Shown piece after piece: positions 1 through 10,401 of a stretch of 64,000 bases of DNA. The DNA is taken from the sequence record NZ_CP145916.1; one strand, written 5' to 3'. This DNA comes from a plasmid. The notes beneath the pieces were generated by a model that made no database searches, was not told the DNA's origin, and saw only the letters and a list, made by a program, of their open reading frames with translations. A program made the translations under genes and the position numbers. The first letter of the stretch is position 1. The number at the start of each line of letters is the position of its first letter.

Positions 1-867
1 ATGGAAACTCAACTAGTTATATCTGATGTGTTATTTGGTAACACGGAAGAAAAACAAAAACCATTAACAGTTAATGAACTGAATACAATTCAACCAGTGG
101 CCTTTATGCGCCTTGGCCTGTTTGTGCCTAAACCATCAAGGTCATCTGACTACAGCCCGATGATTGATGTCAGTGAATTAAGTTCTACCTTTGAATTTGC
201 AAGACTTGAGGGGTTTACTGACATAAAAATCACTGGTGAACGTCTTGATATGGATACTGATTTCAAGGTGTGGATCGGCATAGTCAAAGCGTTCAGCAAG
301 TACGGGATTTCGTCAAACCGCATCAAACTAAAGTTTTCTGAGTTCGCAAAAGATTGTGGTTTCCCCGGTAAAAAACTGGACAAGAAACTGAGAGCGCATA
401 TAGATGAATCGCTTCGTAAAATCAGGGGGAAATCGATCTCATTTAAGCGAGGCAAAGATTCACAATCTGCATATCATACCGGCCTCATAAAGATAGCCTA
501 TTTCAATGCCGATACAGACGTTGTGGAACTGGAAGCAGACGAGCGATTATGGGAGTTATACTACTTTGATTATCGTGTTGTTCTTCAACTACATGCAATA
601 AAAGCCCTTCCACGTCTAGAAGTTGCACAAGCCCTGTATACCTTCCTTGCAAGCCTTCCAAGTAACCCGGCTCCTATCTCTTTTGAACGCCTACGTGAAA
701 GGTTGTCTCTGATCAGTCAGGTTAAAGAACAGAATCGAATCATCAAAAAAGCGATTACTAAGCTGATAGATATCGGCTATTTGGACGCTTCTATGGTGAA
801 AAAAGGACAAGAGAATTACCTCATCATTCACAAGCGAAGTCCAAAGCTAAGTGTAATCAACGAATAA
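1..867 (+). CDS. repA: Iteron-type plasmid replication initiator, RepFIB-like RepA
   Basis: Aligns with F-plasmid RepFIB RepA from memory (TIQPVAFMRLGLFVP; RLDMDTDFKVWIG; QALYTFLASLPSNPAPISFERLRERL). Iteron array lies immediately downstream. Confidence 0.8.
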   Translation: METQLVISDVLFGNTEEKQKPLTVNELNTIQPVAFMRLGLFVPKPSRSSDYSPMIDVSELSSTFEFARLEGFTDIKITGERLDMDTDFKVWIGIVKAFSKYGISSNRIKLKFSEFAKDCGFPGKKLDKKLRAHIDESLRKIRGKSISFKRGKDSQSAYHTGLIKIAYFNADTDVVELEADERLWELYYFDYRVVLQLHAIKALPRLEVAQALYTFLASLPSNPAPISFERLRERLSLISQVKEQNRIIKKAITKLIDIGYLDASMVKKGQENYLIIHKRSPKLSVINE

Positions 868-884
868 GTGTGCCTGTGGTTTGG

Positions 885-1290
885 CTGTCAATGAAAAGTG
901 TGTGTCAGGGGGGTTAACAGTCATTGCAAAGGTGTGTGTCAGGGGGGAATGCCACTGGCAAGGTGTGCGTCAGGGGGAAAATTGGTGGTTTTCCCTCCGA
1001 GTGAGTATCACGGGGCGTAATTATCACCGGTAAAGTGTGTGTCAGGGGGAAGGAATTGGCTTTCGTTCGGTGTGTGCCAAGGGGTTTGACGGGAATTCCT
1101 GATAAATCCCCCTCCTAATTTGCTTCTTTTTTAAACATTTCTGTGCGCTGTGCATTACCCGGATCGTGAATGGTGTGTGTCAGGGGGGTTTTTCGTCCTG
1201 CTCGTCGGACTTGCCTCAAATATTGTTGTTTAGTAAAGTCTATATAAATCAATGACTAACTAAATTTGCGGTGTGTGCTGGGGGGAAGAT
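885..1290. repeat. Iteron array: seven or more degenerate ~19-bp direct repeats (A/G)GTGTGTGTCAGGGGG
   Basis: Copies start near 897, 931, 962, 1033, 1070 (variant), 1173 and 1269. The first three are spaced ~32-34 bp. They lie directly 3' of repA. Confidence 0.8.
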
Positions 1291-1606
1291 TCGATTAAAT
1301 AATGCTCAAACAGAAAAAAAGAGGACAAAATCGGGGTATTTCCGACGAGTTTCCCCTCAGCGGACACCTTTTACGGGGAAAAATGAAGGATAAATCCTCT
1401 TCTACTGTTCCGTGGGAGTAATGAATGACATACCTTCCCCTCAGCAGACACCTTTTGATCCGCAATCCACCAGCAAAAGATAGCCCCGAAAAAAAATAGG
1501 CAATCCCATATTATTCATGAATTTAGCTTAGAACACTCGGCAAAGGCGTTCGGTATGACATGTCTGTGTGGGAAAATAGACACAAAACGGTAAAGGAGTA
1601 AAGAAA

Positions 1607-2092
1607 ATGGGCGAAAATAAATTCGAAGAAGCCATTAAGTTTTATGGGGATAATCAGCGTGACGCAAGCAAATGTACTGCCCTCAGTGTGCAGTACACTA
1701 AAAAAGAAAAAACCAGTGAACTGACCGTGAATGTTGAGATGGCAAAAATAATCGACAGCTCGGCAGACTGGGCAAACAAAATCTATCTCCAGCTCTCGAA
1801 GGATGAACTGACCGGGCTATGCGAGTTGCTTTTTGGCCTGCAAAAAACGCTTGATGTGAGCTATCACGGTACGAAAAAAAACAAGGGTCTGAAAGTCCAC
1901 AATAACGATGCTAAAGGCGTTATGCTGATCATCTCCGAAGGGGGAACGACTATTCAGCACATGCTTAGTCATAATCAGCGAATTGAGTTAGGCGTTTTTA
2001 TTATCCGACGTCAGGCAGCTGCATGGCAGATATCAGTCAGTGATGTGCTGGCCGTGTTGCGTCAGTCCGTAGCTATCAGCCGGATCAGTTAG
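1607..2092 (+). CDS. hypothetical protein
   Basis: 161-aa ORF with a plausible SD (aaggag) 8 bp upstream. No recognisable motif. Confidence 0.4.
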   Translation: MGENKFEEAIKFYGDNQRDASKCTALSVQYTKKEKTSELTVNVEMAKIIDSSADWANKIYLQLSKDELTGLCELLFGLQKTLDVSYHGTKKNKGLKVHNNDAKGVMLIISEGGTTIQHMLSHNQRIELGVFIIRRQAAAWQISVSDVLAVLRQSVAISRIS

Positions 2093-2301
2093 GTGGGGTA
2101 TCTTACCAGCGCCGTTCTCCGGCTCGGTCAACCTCTCAACAGGCACAAAGCAAGTTTGTCCCTGTCTCAACGTTATCATTCTTATCGAATTGAGCCGGTA
2201 TGTGCAGGTGCCGGAAACTTGGGCTGATTGCTCTCTGTTTTCATTTGGAATGTATCGAAATGAAAATGTGTGATCGGTCAACAAACAGCCGGGACAGGTT
2301 A

Positions 2302-2940
2302 TCAGCTCATAATCATTGCGATGTTAACTGTGTCTTTATCTTTATTCACTTTCAGCACCAGCCGCTCTTTGGTTGGGGTAAAAATCAGTCGGTCATAGTC
2401 GGGTTTAATTTCATCCGGCTCCCGCACCATCTCGTACAAGCCATCTACCTTCACGACTCGACCGTTGCCTACGACCGCAAAAACCTTGTCGGTTAGCGTT
2501 TCAGGGGAAACGACTACCATTAATTTGTTGGCCTGCTTCTGCTGTTCGTCCGGCAGTTCTTTATAGGCAAAGAGAGGCTTATCGTAACCGATGGGTTTTA
2601 CTTCCATGAATGTCTCCGGGGTGAACCAGTTATGCCACTGCATTTTAGGGTGATGTTCATGGAACTCCACGCAGGCGATCCGCTGGGCAACGAGCGATTG
2701 AAAGATGCCGAGCAGCCCCGGAAAACGCTCAGTGCTCCATCCGTCATTAAGCAGTCTGGCCTCAATGCTTTCCCAGTCTTTCCCGGCAGCGTCCAGATTC
2801 ACGATGATGCTTTTGTTGATGCCCGAGTAGACGTACTCCGTGTTTTCGTTAAACGCGATGTCGAAGAATGCGTTCTGATCCAGTACGTGAGACATAGAAA
2901 CTTTGGCAGTGGCGTAAATATATTTTGCAGATAAGGACAT
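2302..2940 (-). CDS. hypothetical protein
   Basis: 212-aa ORF on the minus strand. Function unknown. Confidence 0.4.
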   Translation of the reverse strand: MSLSAKYIYATAKVSMSHVLDQNAFFDIAFNENTEYVYSGINKSIIVNLDAAGKDWESIEARLLNDGWSTERFPGLLGIFQSLVAQRIACVEFHEHHPKMQWHNWFTPETFMEVKPIGYDKPLFAYKELPDEQQKQANKLMVVVSPETLTDKVFAVVGNGRVVKVDGLYEMVREPDEIKPDYDRLIFTPTKERLVLKVNKDKDTVNIAMIMS

Positions 2941-3778
2941 GGTTTTAGCTCCGGTTTAATTGCATTAACGTGTCGTTCAGATAATGAAATTGTCTCATGG
3001 CGGAATAAGGGGTCGAATAGTGAGGCGGGAATCAATCTGTTATTTATTTCTCTCTCTTTGAATTGAAGATAACGGCGAGCAATCGGGTGCTAACTTTCTC
3101 GCACCGTTAATTCTTTGGTCAGTCTTATCCAGATTAAGTAAGTCCCTTTTGCTGAAAGAATGTGATGTTTAGAGAAGGGGGTTGGTTTTCTTGCCTTTCC
3201 CATTTACTGAAACATGTGGCGTAATTAATTTGAATGGAAGTGACGAGCAATAATAGCTTTGGTGCTTATCGCGGCATTAATCATTCGGGTAAAAACAGAG
3301 TCCTGACGTTGATATTTTTATATTAACAAACTGGTTTTAACTATCAGGTGACTGGATATATCCAGCCAGCGCGACGGAGATAATCAACGAGGCGGATTTA
3401 CGTTGGTGAAACCCCACCAGCAGGGGGCAGATTTGAGGGAAGAAGGGGAAAGGAGTTGGGGGTATTTCCGGCATAAACCTGATAAATTAAACCAACATGC
3501 AATAGAGGGGGGTAAGCCCCTACGCTTCGCTCCGGGGCAGGGAGCTGGACATCACCGCCGTGCCCTTTTGTGAGAAAAACCGCGTACTACTTTTCCCCCT
3601 GAGATCGGGCTTGAGAATGATTCGGTGACAATTCCCACATCCGGTGACGGGTATTTAAAACCCGGTTCGGCCCTGGTCTGAAATTAAGCTGTGGGTGTTT
3701 TATTAAAGAGAGAAAAGAGAGATAGAAAAAAGAACGCCGGGTTTGGCTCCGCACATTCTTCTTGGCGAGCGCCCCCAG

Positions 3779-3820
3779 AGATAAGAAGAGAAAATAAAGA
3801 GATAAGAAGAGAAAATAAAA
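3779..3820. repeat. Tandem direct repeat, 2 x ~21 bp (AGATAAGAAGAGAAAATAAA)
   Basis: Seen directly in the sequence, inside a ~1.1-kb non-coding stretch (3000-4080). Confidence 0.6.
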
Positions 3821-4084
3821 GAGGGTGCAGGGATGCGGAGTTTCAGCCATAAAAAAGGTAAAGGAAAAGACAGGTTTCTCAGCGCGTTAGTCTTTTATCG
3901 CTATATTGCATGTTGGTTTAATTTATCCATAAATGTCGCTGTGATAAAAATAAAAATGAACAATGAAAAGGGTAGGGGGAGAATGTCCCTTGCCGATAAA
4001 ACTGTTCCCGGTTTGTTATTTCTCTGCCCGCTGTTAAAAGTTGAAAGTTGATAACTTTGCAGTAAAATGCCGTTATCATATATA

Positions 4085-4100
4085 CTGTATAAATGTACAG
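4085..4100 (+). promoter_or_regulatory. LexA (SOS) box CTGTATAAATGTACAG for umuD
   Basis: Perfect CTGT-N8-ACAG motif 17 bp upstream of the umuD 5'-fragment ATG, followed by the SD aaggagag. Confidence 0.75.
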
Positions 4101-4116
4101 CTAAGGAGAGGCATTA

Positions 4117-4209
4117 ATGTCACTAAAACCTATGAAATCAGCCCCTGACACCAAAGAAACTATCCCTTTCTTTGGCGAGCTCGTACCCGCAGGTTTCCCT
4201 AGCCCAGCG
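4117..4209 (+). pseudogene. umuD: umuD/mucA-like 5' fragment (N-terminal ~31 codons), interrupted by element insertion
   Basis: Encodes MSLKPMKSAPDTKETIPFFGELVPAGFPSPA, matching the MucA/UmuD N-terminus (…IPFY…ISAGFPSPA) including the Ala-Gly cleavage site. The reading frame then runs into foreign sequence and stops at 4245. Confidence 0.75.
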
Positions 4210-4675
4210 CTTTTCCCATATTGCTCTTTTTTGTCAATGTTCTGAAATCTATTAATAAATAACGAAAAAATAATAAGATAGTAAGATAAATCTCGTTCAT
4301 ACCTACTTTTACGGCGTTGACAACTATCACTCGGTCGAGTTTTTTCACTGATCCCCGCTGGGATCCCCTAATTGGTTGCCTTAGCGCTCATCCGAGCAAA
4401 GTTGAGTTAGGCTAGTTAACTAAATAATATAAATGGCCTTGTCCGACTCAGGCGAGACGGAACAACTTCGGTGGCCTCGATAAGCGCTGGCCCACTCCGA
4501 ACCGTGAGAGTTTTTAAACAAACTGGTAAAGCAGACGCAATTCTCTTTCACTCGAAGCTGCTTTAAACCGCAGGTCGCGACCCATAACAGACGCTAATTC
4601 TTTAATCGATATTCGTTTTGATGTATCATCGCGAGCAGGAAACACCTTTCTTTATATCTAGGAAAAAACTATCGT

Positions 4676-5539
4676 ATGTACTCCAAATTTGTTGTTTTTG
4701 TATCGCTGTTAAGCAGCTTAACCCTCAGCATTCCTGCCAACTCTTCTCCAGACCTGATAGTCAACAGCATCAAAGAGGTAGAGCAAAACCTGGGTGCTAA
4801 AGTAGGAGTCTCAATCTACAGCGTTTCTGATGGTTACCTTTGGCATTACAACGGCGATTCACGTTTTCCGTTGATGAGCACCTTTAAAACTCTTGCATGT
4901 GCGAAATTGCTCCACGATGTTGAAACGGCGAAGCTGTCGATTGATCGATCTGTGAAGATTGAGGAACAAGACCTTATTACTTGGTCGCCGATAACAGAAA
5001 AGCTTGTTGGAGAGAGCTTTTCCCTCAAGCAGGCTTGCACGGCTGCAATGGTTATGAGTGACAACACAGCGGCTAATATAGTACTGGACGGTATTAGTGG
5101 CCCATCTGAATTGACCTTGTTCATGAAAGAACTCGGTGATGAAGTAACGCGACTGGATCGTATAGAGCCTCATTTAAATGAAGCGCGAAGCGGGGATGAG
5201 CGTGATACAACAACACCTAACGCGATTGTAAAAAGCCTCGGGAAACTGCTTTATGGCGAGAAACTCTCAAGTGGCTCTAAAGAACAATTAATTGAATGGA
5301 TGGCTGGCAACAAGGTGTCCGATAGCTTGTTGCGTTCAGTGCTACCAGAGGGGTGGTCAATTGCTGATAGGTCGGGTGCTGGTGGTTTTGGGTCTAGGGG
5401 AATCACCGCTGCGATTTGGTCAAATGAACAGCAGCCATTAATTGTTGCGATATATCTCACCCAGACTGAAGCTTCGTTTGACGAGAGAAATAAAGCTATT
5501 GCCAAAATAGGTAGAGAAATTTTCGCTTCTTATAACTAA
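4676..5539 (+). CDS. blaCARB-like: Class A beta-lactamase, CARB/PSE (carbenicillinase) family, divergent
   Basis: Has STFK, SDN, RLDRIEPxLNE and RDTTTP motifs, and RSG in place of KTG (LLRSVLPEGWSIADRSGAGGFG), as in PSE-1/CARB-2. Roughly half the residues differ from CARB-2 as recalled from memory. Signal peptide present. Confidence 0.85.
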   Translation: MYSKFVVFVSLLSSLTLSIPANSSPDLIVNSIKEVEQNLGAKVGVSIYSVSDGYLWHYNGDSRFPLMSTFKTLACAKLLHDVETAKLSIDRSVKIEEQDLITWSPITEKLVGESFSLKQACTAAMVMSDNTAANIVLDGISGPSELTLFMKELGDEVTRLDRIEPHLNEARSGDERDTTTPNAIVKSLGKLLYGEKLSSGSKEQLIEWMAGNKVSDSLLRSVLPEGWSIADRSGAGGFGSRGITAAIWSNEQQPLIVAIYLTQTEASFDERNKAIAKIGREIFASYN

Positions 5540-5859
5540 GGCAACTTGGCGGGTACTAAGCACCTCAGCATCATAAGATGAGAGGTGTTCTTTCAATCTT
5601 CCTTTATAGCGGCAGCTAAATCGCAGCTAAAGACATCGATCAGGCCGCTCCGTATGTCCGCATTGTGCCGACTCCGGTATATGCGCAGGAAAATCATCTA
5701 ACGTCCGGTTCCGGAAATTTCAGTTGGCTCTGTTAAAGCAACAGTGAGCGTATGCCCTCTCCCCCTTTAACGCTGCTCCTCAGAGACGGCTATACGGTAG
5801 TTATCTGCGGCCGTAGTTGAGCAGTGTGGTCATTTAGCAGTATCTCGCGCTATAAAAAA

Positions 5860-5875
5860 CTGTATGTATATACAG
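5860..5875 (+). promoter_or_regulatory. LexA (SOS) box CTGTATGTATATACAG within a 36-bp palindrome
   Basis: Perfect CTGT-N8-ACAG motif at 5860-5875. It is embedded in the palindrome CTATAAAAAACTGTAT-GTAT-ATACAGTTTTTTATAG (5850-5885), 50 bp upstream of the 5925 ORF. Confidence 0.75.
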
Positions 5876-5924
5876 TTTTTTATAGTAGGCTTATCTTGTA
5901 GAGCAAGGTGAGTGAGATCTCTTT

Positions 5925-8285
5925 ATGAGTCGGGTTTCCCCAAAAAGTTTTCCCCAAGGTATCATTACGAAAGGCCACACAGATAAGAATTTCCAGTTTC
6001 TGGTTCTGTCCGGTAATGTTTTGCTTCTAATTCAATCTCACCTTGCTAATTTACCGCCGTCCCAGCGGCGGAGCGCTAATAGGGCTGTGTTCTACTTCGA
6101 ATGTTTCCTGTGGCTAATCAACCATCCACCTATCACAAGCACTCTAGACCTTCGAACAAATGCTTTTCTGAGCATTCAGCGCCTTTTCTATGGCGCGCTT
6201 TACTCAAACTGTTTTCTGGCTGCTGAAGTAAAATACTCAGGCAGACAGAGACTTGTCCGGTATTTCTTTAAACTCCTCGCTGAGCTGTCTAAATCGTCTC
6301 CTATCAATATTTTTGTATATTCAGACCTTACAGATAGCCAGGTCCGAGAATGCATCGCTCAGTTTGAAGCTATTGGGATTGACCCTGTACGAGCAGCCAA
6401 GCTCATGGGGTGGCAAGTCGCAGACAGAAGCGCGAACTCATTTCGATTAAAGATGGGAGCCATCTTCGATGTTTTTGGGCCTGATTTTACGATGGAATTA
6501 CACCAGGAGAGTAAGAAGCACGCCTTGGCTCATAGTCATTATAGTAACTACGCTAATGTGGTCTCTCGATTTGATGATTTTCTGCGCTGGTATGACGATG
6601 ATCCGATAGACAGACCTTCCTTAAACGCTCACGTGCTCCAAGATCCAGTCTTTGTATATCAGCTTTTCTGGAGCTTTCAGCGCTGGCATTTCGAAGGGTA
6701 CTCCGAGCGGAGCCAAACCCAACCGACGGAACGGGTGTTGGCAAACCTTCAGCGCCAATGGATCAGAATCATCTGTTGGGCAAAGTCTGTTCTGGTTAGC
6801 GGAGGGCTTATGTGTTCCCCGCTTGGCGATGTGTGGCCCGAAGGGAGCAAAAAGCTCACTCGATTCCTCCATGAAGTAGGCCACCATCGATACGCTGATG
6901 GTGAATCCCTTGTATCACAAAAGCTTTTGACCCAGATCCCACTGTCTGTCACAGATAAGGAGGCAACGGAGCTTCTATTCAGACAGATCGAAGACGACTT
7001 CAATAAAGTCGTTCGGTGGGCTCGACGGGAGATTGATCACATAGCTCATCGTTTGAACGTTATTGATCAGGCCTGCGATCAAGGGGATCTGATAACGCTA
7101 GGTTCTCGAATATCTGCTCGGGCTTATGGCCAGCCTGTGATGGGGATGAACAGCCTTATCAGAACTGTAAAAGAAACCCACAACGGATTTGCAATCATCG
7201 ACCACGCTATGCGCGGCCACTTGGTAAGCGCAACAGGGAGTTCTTTTTCAACATCGGAGTTAGCGGCGAATCTGGCTATGCCGACGAAGTATGCGATTGC
7301 TCCCATCGCTCTCTGGCTAGTAGCGCAGCATCCCGTTCTGACCGAGGCATCTCTATTGAAATGCGAGTTATTCGACCGAAACGGTAAGCGAACCGGCTTT
7401 GTTAAGACCGACTCTGGATCTGTGCTTGTTGTGAAGAAAAACCGGAAAGGGAAGCAACAGGAGGTTGTACTGAGCGACGACGCAGCTTCGGTGGTCGAGC
7501 TGCTTATCCAGATCACGGCCCCGGTTAGGCGCTATCTCAAGGAGAAAAGGGATGATGCCTGGCGACGATTGTTCATCGTCGCGGGTGGTCAGGGCTTTCA
7601 GGAACCTTACACTTTCACAAACCAGACCAGCTTCGCCAAGATCCTCCGGCAGAAAGCCTTTATACAAGCTCATAGCGCCGAGTTAGGAGACATGGTCTCC
7701 GTATTGTCGCTGGCCCGGATAAGGGCTACCGCAGGTGTTCTCGTCTACCTCAAGTCGTTAAGCATAGAGAAAATGGCAGAGTCACTAGGCAACTCGAAAC
7801 GAGTCGCCATGAACCATTATCTGCCGCCTACCATCATGCAGTTTTTCCAAGAGCGGTGGGTCAGGATTTTCCAAAACGCGGTGATTGTCCACGCTATGAA
7901 GGACTCTCCTTATCTGCTTGATGCAACGGACTTTAGCAGCATGAGTGAGTTGGATATGTTTCTAGAGGCGCATGCCCTTCGAACGCCGCCTGAAGAACCC
8001 GAACAGCTGAGTAGTTCCTCTGAGCAAATATCTGGTTCGTCAGATCCAGAGATCGTTATTTCTATCGATGAAGGCGTTCTTGGTGTGCTCCTCTCGCTAA
8101 AAATGGCCGTTGAGCAAGCTGGCCCACGTGCGGCGGGAACGGCTGTGTACTGGAGCCAGTTCGCAGCGAAGATAGAGGCTCACATTGAATCTGATGGTTA
8201 TCTAGATCCATATATCCGCGGTTGTCTAGTTAAGGCTAAGGGGATAGCGAATCCTCAACAGTTTGAGGGTCTAGTCTATGGATGA
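5925..8285 (+). CDS. Large tyrosine-recombinase-fold protein, possibly catalytically degenerate
   Basis: The C-terminal region (LSLARIRATAGVLVYLKS…LGNSKRVAMNHYLPP) resembles the R…(H)xxR…Y box of phage integrases, but the conserved His is absent. First gene of an overlapping four-gene operon. Confidence 0.5.
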   Translation: MSRVSPKSFPQGIITKGHTDKNFQFLVLSGNVLLLIQSHLANLPPSQRRSANRAVFYFECFLWLINHPPITSTLDLRTNAFLSIQRLFYGALYSNCFLAAEVKYSGRQRLVRYFFKLLAELSKSSPINIFVYSDLTDSQVRECIAQFEAIGIDPVRAAKLMGWQVADRSANSFRLKMGAIFDVFGPDFTMELHQESKKHALAHSHYSNYANVVSRFDDFLRWYDDDPIDRPSLNAHVLQDPVFVYQLFWSFQRWHFEGYSERSQTQPTERVLANLQRQWIRIICWAKSVLVSGGLMCSPLGDVWPEGSKKLTRFLHEVGHHRYADGESLVSQKLLTQIPLSVTDKEATELLFRQIEDDFNKVVRWARREIDHIAHRLNVIDQACDQGDLITLGSRISARAYGQPVMGMNSLIRTVKETHNGFAIIDHAMRGHLVSATGSSFSTSELAANLAMPTKYAIAPIALWLVAQHPVLTEASLLKCELFDRNGKRTGFVKTDSGSVLVVKKNRKGKQQEVVLSDDAASVVELLIQITAPVRRYLKEKRDDAWRRLFIVAGGQGFQEPYTFTNQTSFAKILRQKAFIQAHSAELGDMVSVLSLARIRATAGVLVYLKSLSIEKMAESLGNSKRVAMNHYLPPTIMQFFQERWVRIFQNAVIVHAMKDSPYLLDATDFSSMSELDMFLEAHALRTPPEEPEQLSSSSEQISGSSDPEIVISIDEGVLGVLLSLKMAVEQAGPRAAGTAVYWSQFAAKIEAHIESDGYLDPYIRGCLVKAKGIANPQQFEGLVYG

Positions 8286-10401
8286 TAGCAGCGCGCTACC
8301 TCGCGAATTGGACTTCATAACGCGATCAGTCGATGCGGATCTAGGACTATTCCGAAGCGCTGAATGGCTCAATTCGAAGTTCGATGACCCAGTATGGAGC
8401 GCTCGTTTTGCCGAAAATGGCAAGAGAGACACTGTTATTGATTTCAGGGTTAGGCTCGATGATGGGCTACTGCTCACCCACCCAAGACATCACAACCTTT
8501 TGGAAAGCATAAAGGCATATTTATGTCTGTCGTCCCATCCGTTGGCCACCGGAGGCAGCCAGCTTGCCCCGAAGACGGTACAGCAAAGGGTTCGTACGAC
8601 CTTAGGTATCATCGACTACTTTCTCCTGAGAGCCGAGCATTTCCAACTGGCATCCCATCAGTTCAAGCTAATTACGCCGCATGACATAACTGAGTTCATG
8701 GCTGTGTTGGCTACTGATCAGTACGCTAAGAACAATCTCTACGCTGCGCGTGAAGAGCTACAGCGTTTCCTTCGCCTCAACAGCCATCAGGTTACGAAGC
8801 TGGAGACACAGTACGTTCTATCAAAGGTTCCTGGAATCGCTATTGTTGATGATGTAGATGAGAGCAACCTTGGCTTATCAGAGTCGGAGATTGTTGCGGC
8901 TAGGATTTTTCTGTGGATCAACGGAAACTACAAACGCATACCGATTAAGGCGGGTAGTCATGGGCATTCATTTTTTAGTCATCAAGTTTCTCCAAACAGT
9001 ATCTACTCTGAAATTTATCATGAGCGAACTTTAGTGACGCCTAAATTCCGGGGGCTGGTGCTGGACGAGCTCCACTTTAGCCCATCCGAGAAGACCTTTA
9101 GAGAGTATCCCATGGTTTCGTCCATGGTTCTGTATGATGATCCACTTCCCTCTGAGGCTGGGGTTGATTTCTACCGACAATCGCTTAAACGGATGGAACT
9201 CCTTAAGCTCTGTGGGCTGGACCATATCAACCATCTTTCGCTAACAGCCTTGGATAATAGAGCTTTCCTCGGGCAACTTAAGATGAAGGGCACCGGGCGT
9301 TACCGGTCGCTGCCTCGGGACGTCGTATTTTCATCGTTTCGGAACGCAGTGGAGTTCTACTTAGATTTGGGTCAGGTCCTTATCGATGGTTATCTGGCCT
9401 TGGCGCGAGAGGCTGATGCACGTGGATGTGCCATCGGGGATTTGACCCAATCTGAAACGATAGAGCTGATCCCAAAGAGGTTGCGAGACATCGGAGTAAG
9501 TATCTGGGATCTCTCGGCAGATTTTCGCGGGCAGAACCGTGGAGGCGGTAGCGCTCTGTTTTTTAAGCGGTTCAGAGAGAATGAGGGACTGCTCCAGCTA
9601 ATTGAGGTACTTTATGGTGCCATCTGGATAATACTCGCTGCGCTTAGTGCCAGACGTTCTGGAGAGCTTAGGGATCTTAAGGCAGATACCTGCCTTGTTA
9701 AGAAGTCCCATGGCTATTATTTACAGTTTGACTTGCGGAAACGGAACTTCGGCAAGACTCGTGAACAGGTCCTTCGTCCCATTCCCAATGTCGCGGCCCG
9801 GTGCATTCTGAGCTTGGGTGATCTTCGTCAGAAGCTCTCCTTGCTTAGTTCAGTTACGATTTCAGATAGGCTGTTCAGCAAGCCTCATTATCGCGAAGTT
9901 GGCCTGTCTGCGATGGGTTCAGTAGACGCGGCCAAGGTGCTAAACCGCTTTTCTGACTATTTCGAAGTCCAACAGGACGCTACTGGGCATCGTTATTACA
10001 TTCGTACCCATCAACTTAGACGCTTCTTCGCTATGACATTCTTCTGGGCCGGCGGATTTGGCGGCCTAGACACACTTCGGTGGTTTTTGGGTCATACGAA
10101 TGTCGAGCATGTTTATCACTACATCACAGAGACCGTTCCAGGAGAGGTGTTGCGAAGAATCGGTGCCGAATACGCATCTGATGCACTTCTCATAGGGCAG
10201 AGCAACACAGAAGATCTGGGTAATCTCCTACGTGAGCGTTACGGATTGTCATCATTTTCCATCATGCAGTCGGATGAAGTCGCAGACTATATCGAAGACC
10301 TAATGATGGAAGGGTTGCTAAAGATAGAGCCAGTCTTCTTCGACACACCGACAGGAAAGCGCCATGAGATCCTCTTTAAAATCACCGGAGAAAATTCATG
10401 A
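8278..10401 (+). CDS. Tyrosine recombinase (phage-integrase family), 707 aa
   Basis: Box I ARRSGELRDL, HxxR in RTHQLRRFFAMTF, and the nucleophile Tyr in LGHTNVEHVYHYIT. The start overlaps the upstream stop. Confidence 0.75.
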   Translation: MDDSSALPRELDFITRSVDADLGLFRSAEWLNSKFDDPVWSARFAENGKRDTVIDFRVRLDDGLLLTHPRHHNLLESIKAYLCLSSHPLATGGSQLAPKTVQQRVRTTLGIIDYFLLRAEHFQLASHQFKLITPHDITEFMAVLATDQYAKNNLYAAREELQRFLRLNSHQVTKLETQYVLSKVPGIAIVDDVDESNLGLSESEIVAARIFLWINGNYKRIPIKAGSHGHSFFSHQVSPNSIYSEIYHERTLVTPKFRGLVLDELHFSPSEKTFREYPMVSSMVLYDDPLPSEAGVDFYRQSLKRMELLKLCGLDHINHLSLTALDNRAFLGQLKMKGTGRYRSLPRDVVFSSFRNAVEFYLDLGQVLIDGYLALAREADARGCAIGDLTQSETIELIPKRLRDIGVSIWDLSADFRGQNRGGGSALFFKRFRENEGLLQLIEVLYGAIWIILAALSARRSGELRDLKADTCLVKKSHGYYLQFDLRKRNFGKTREQVLRPIPNVAARCILSLGDLRQKLSLLSSVTISDRLFSKPHYREVGLSAMGSVDAAKVLNRFSDYFEVQQDATGHRYYIRTHQLRRFFAMTFFWAGGFGGLDTLRWFLGHTNVEHVYHYITETVPGEVLRRIGAEYASDALLIGQSNTEDLGNLLRERYGLSSFSIMQSDEVADYIEDLMMEGLLKIEPVFFDTPTGKRHEILFKITGENS

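Noticed and set aside
885-1290. Possible CRISPR array (regularly recurring G-rich repeats)
   Set aside because: The repeats are degenerate, irregularly spaced beyond the first three, and lie directly 3' of a RepFIB-type repA with no cas genes. They are iterons.
3587-4051. ORFs 3587..3850 (-) and 3833..4051 (+)
   Set aside because: They lie over low-complexity and tandem-repeat DNA, lack an SD, and have implausible composition. They are probably non-coding.
4246-4675. ncRNA or tRNA-like element in the 430-bp leader upstream of the CARB-like bla
   Set aside because: Some short inverted repeats are visible. No convincing tRNA cloverleaf or known riboswitch pattern could be discerned by eye. 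Left as a non-coding leader and promoter region.
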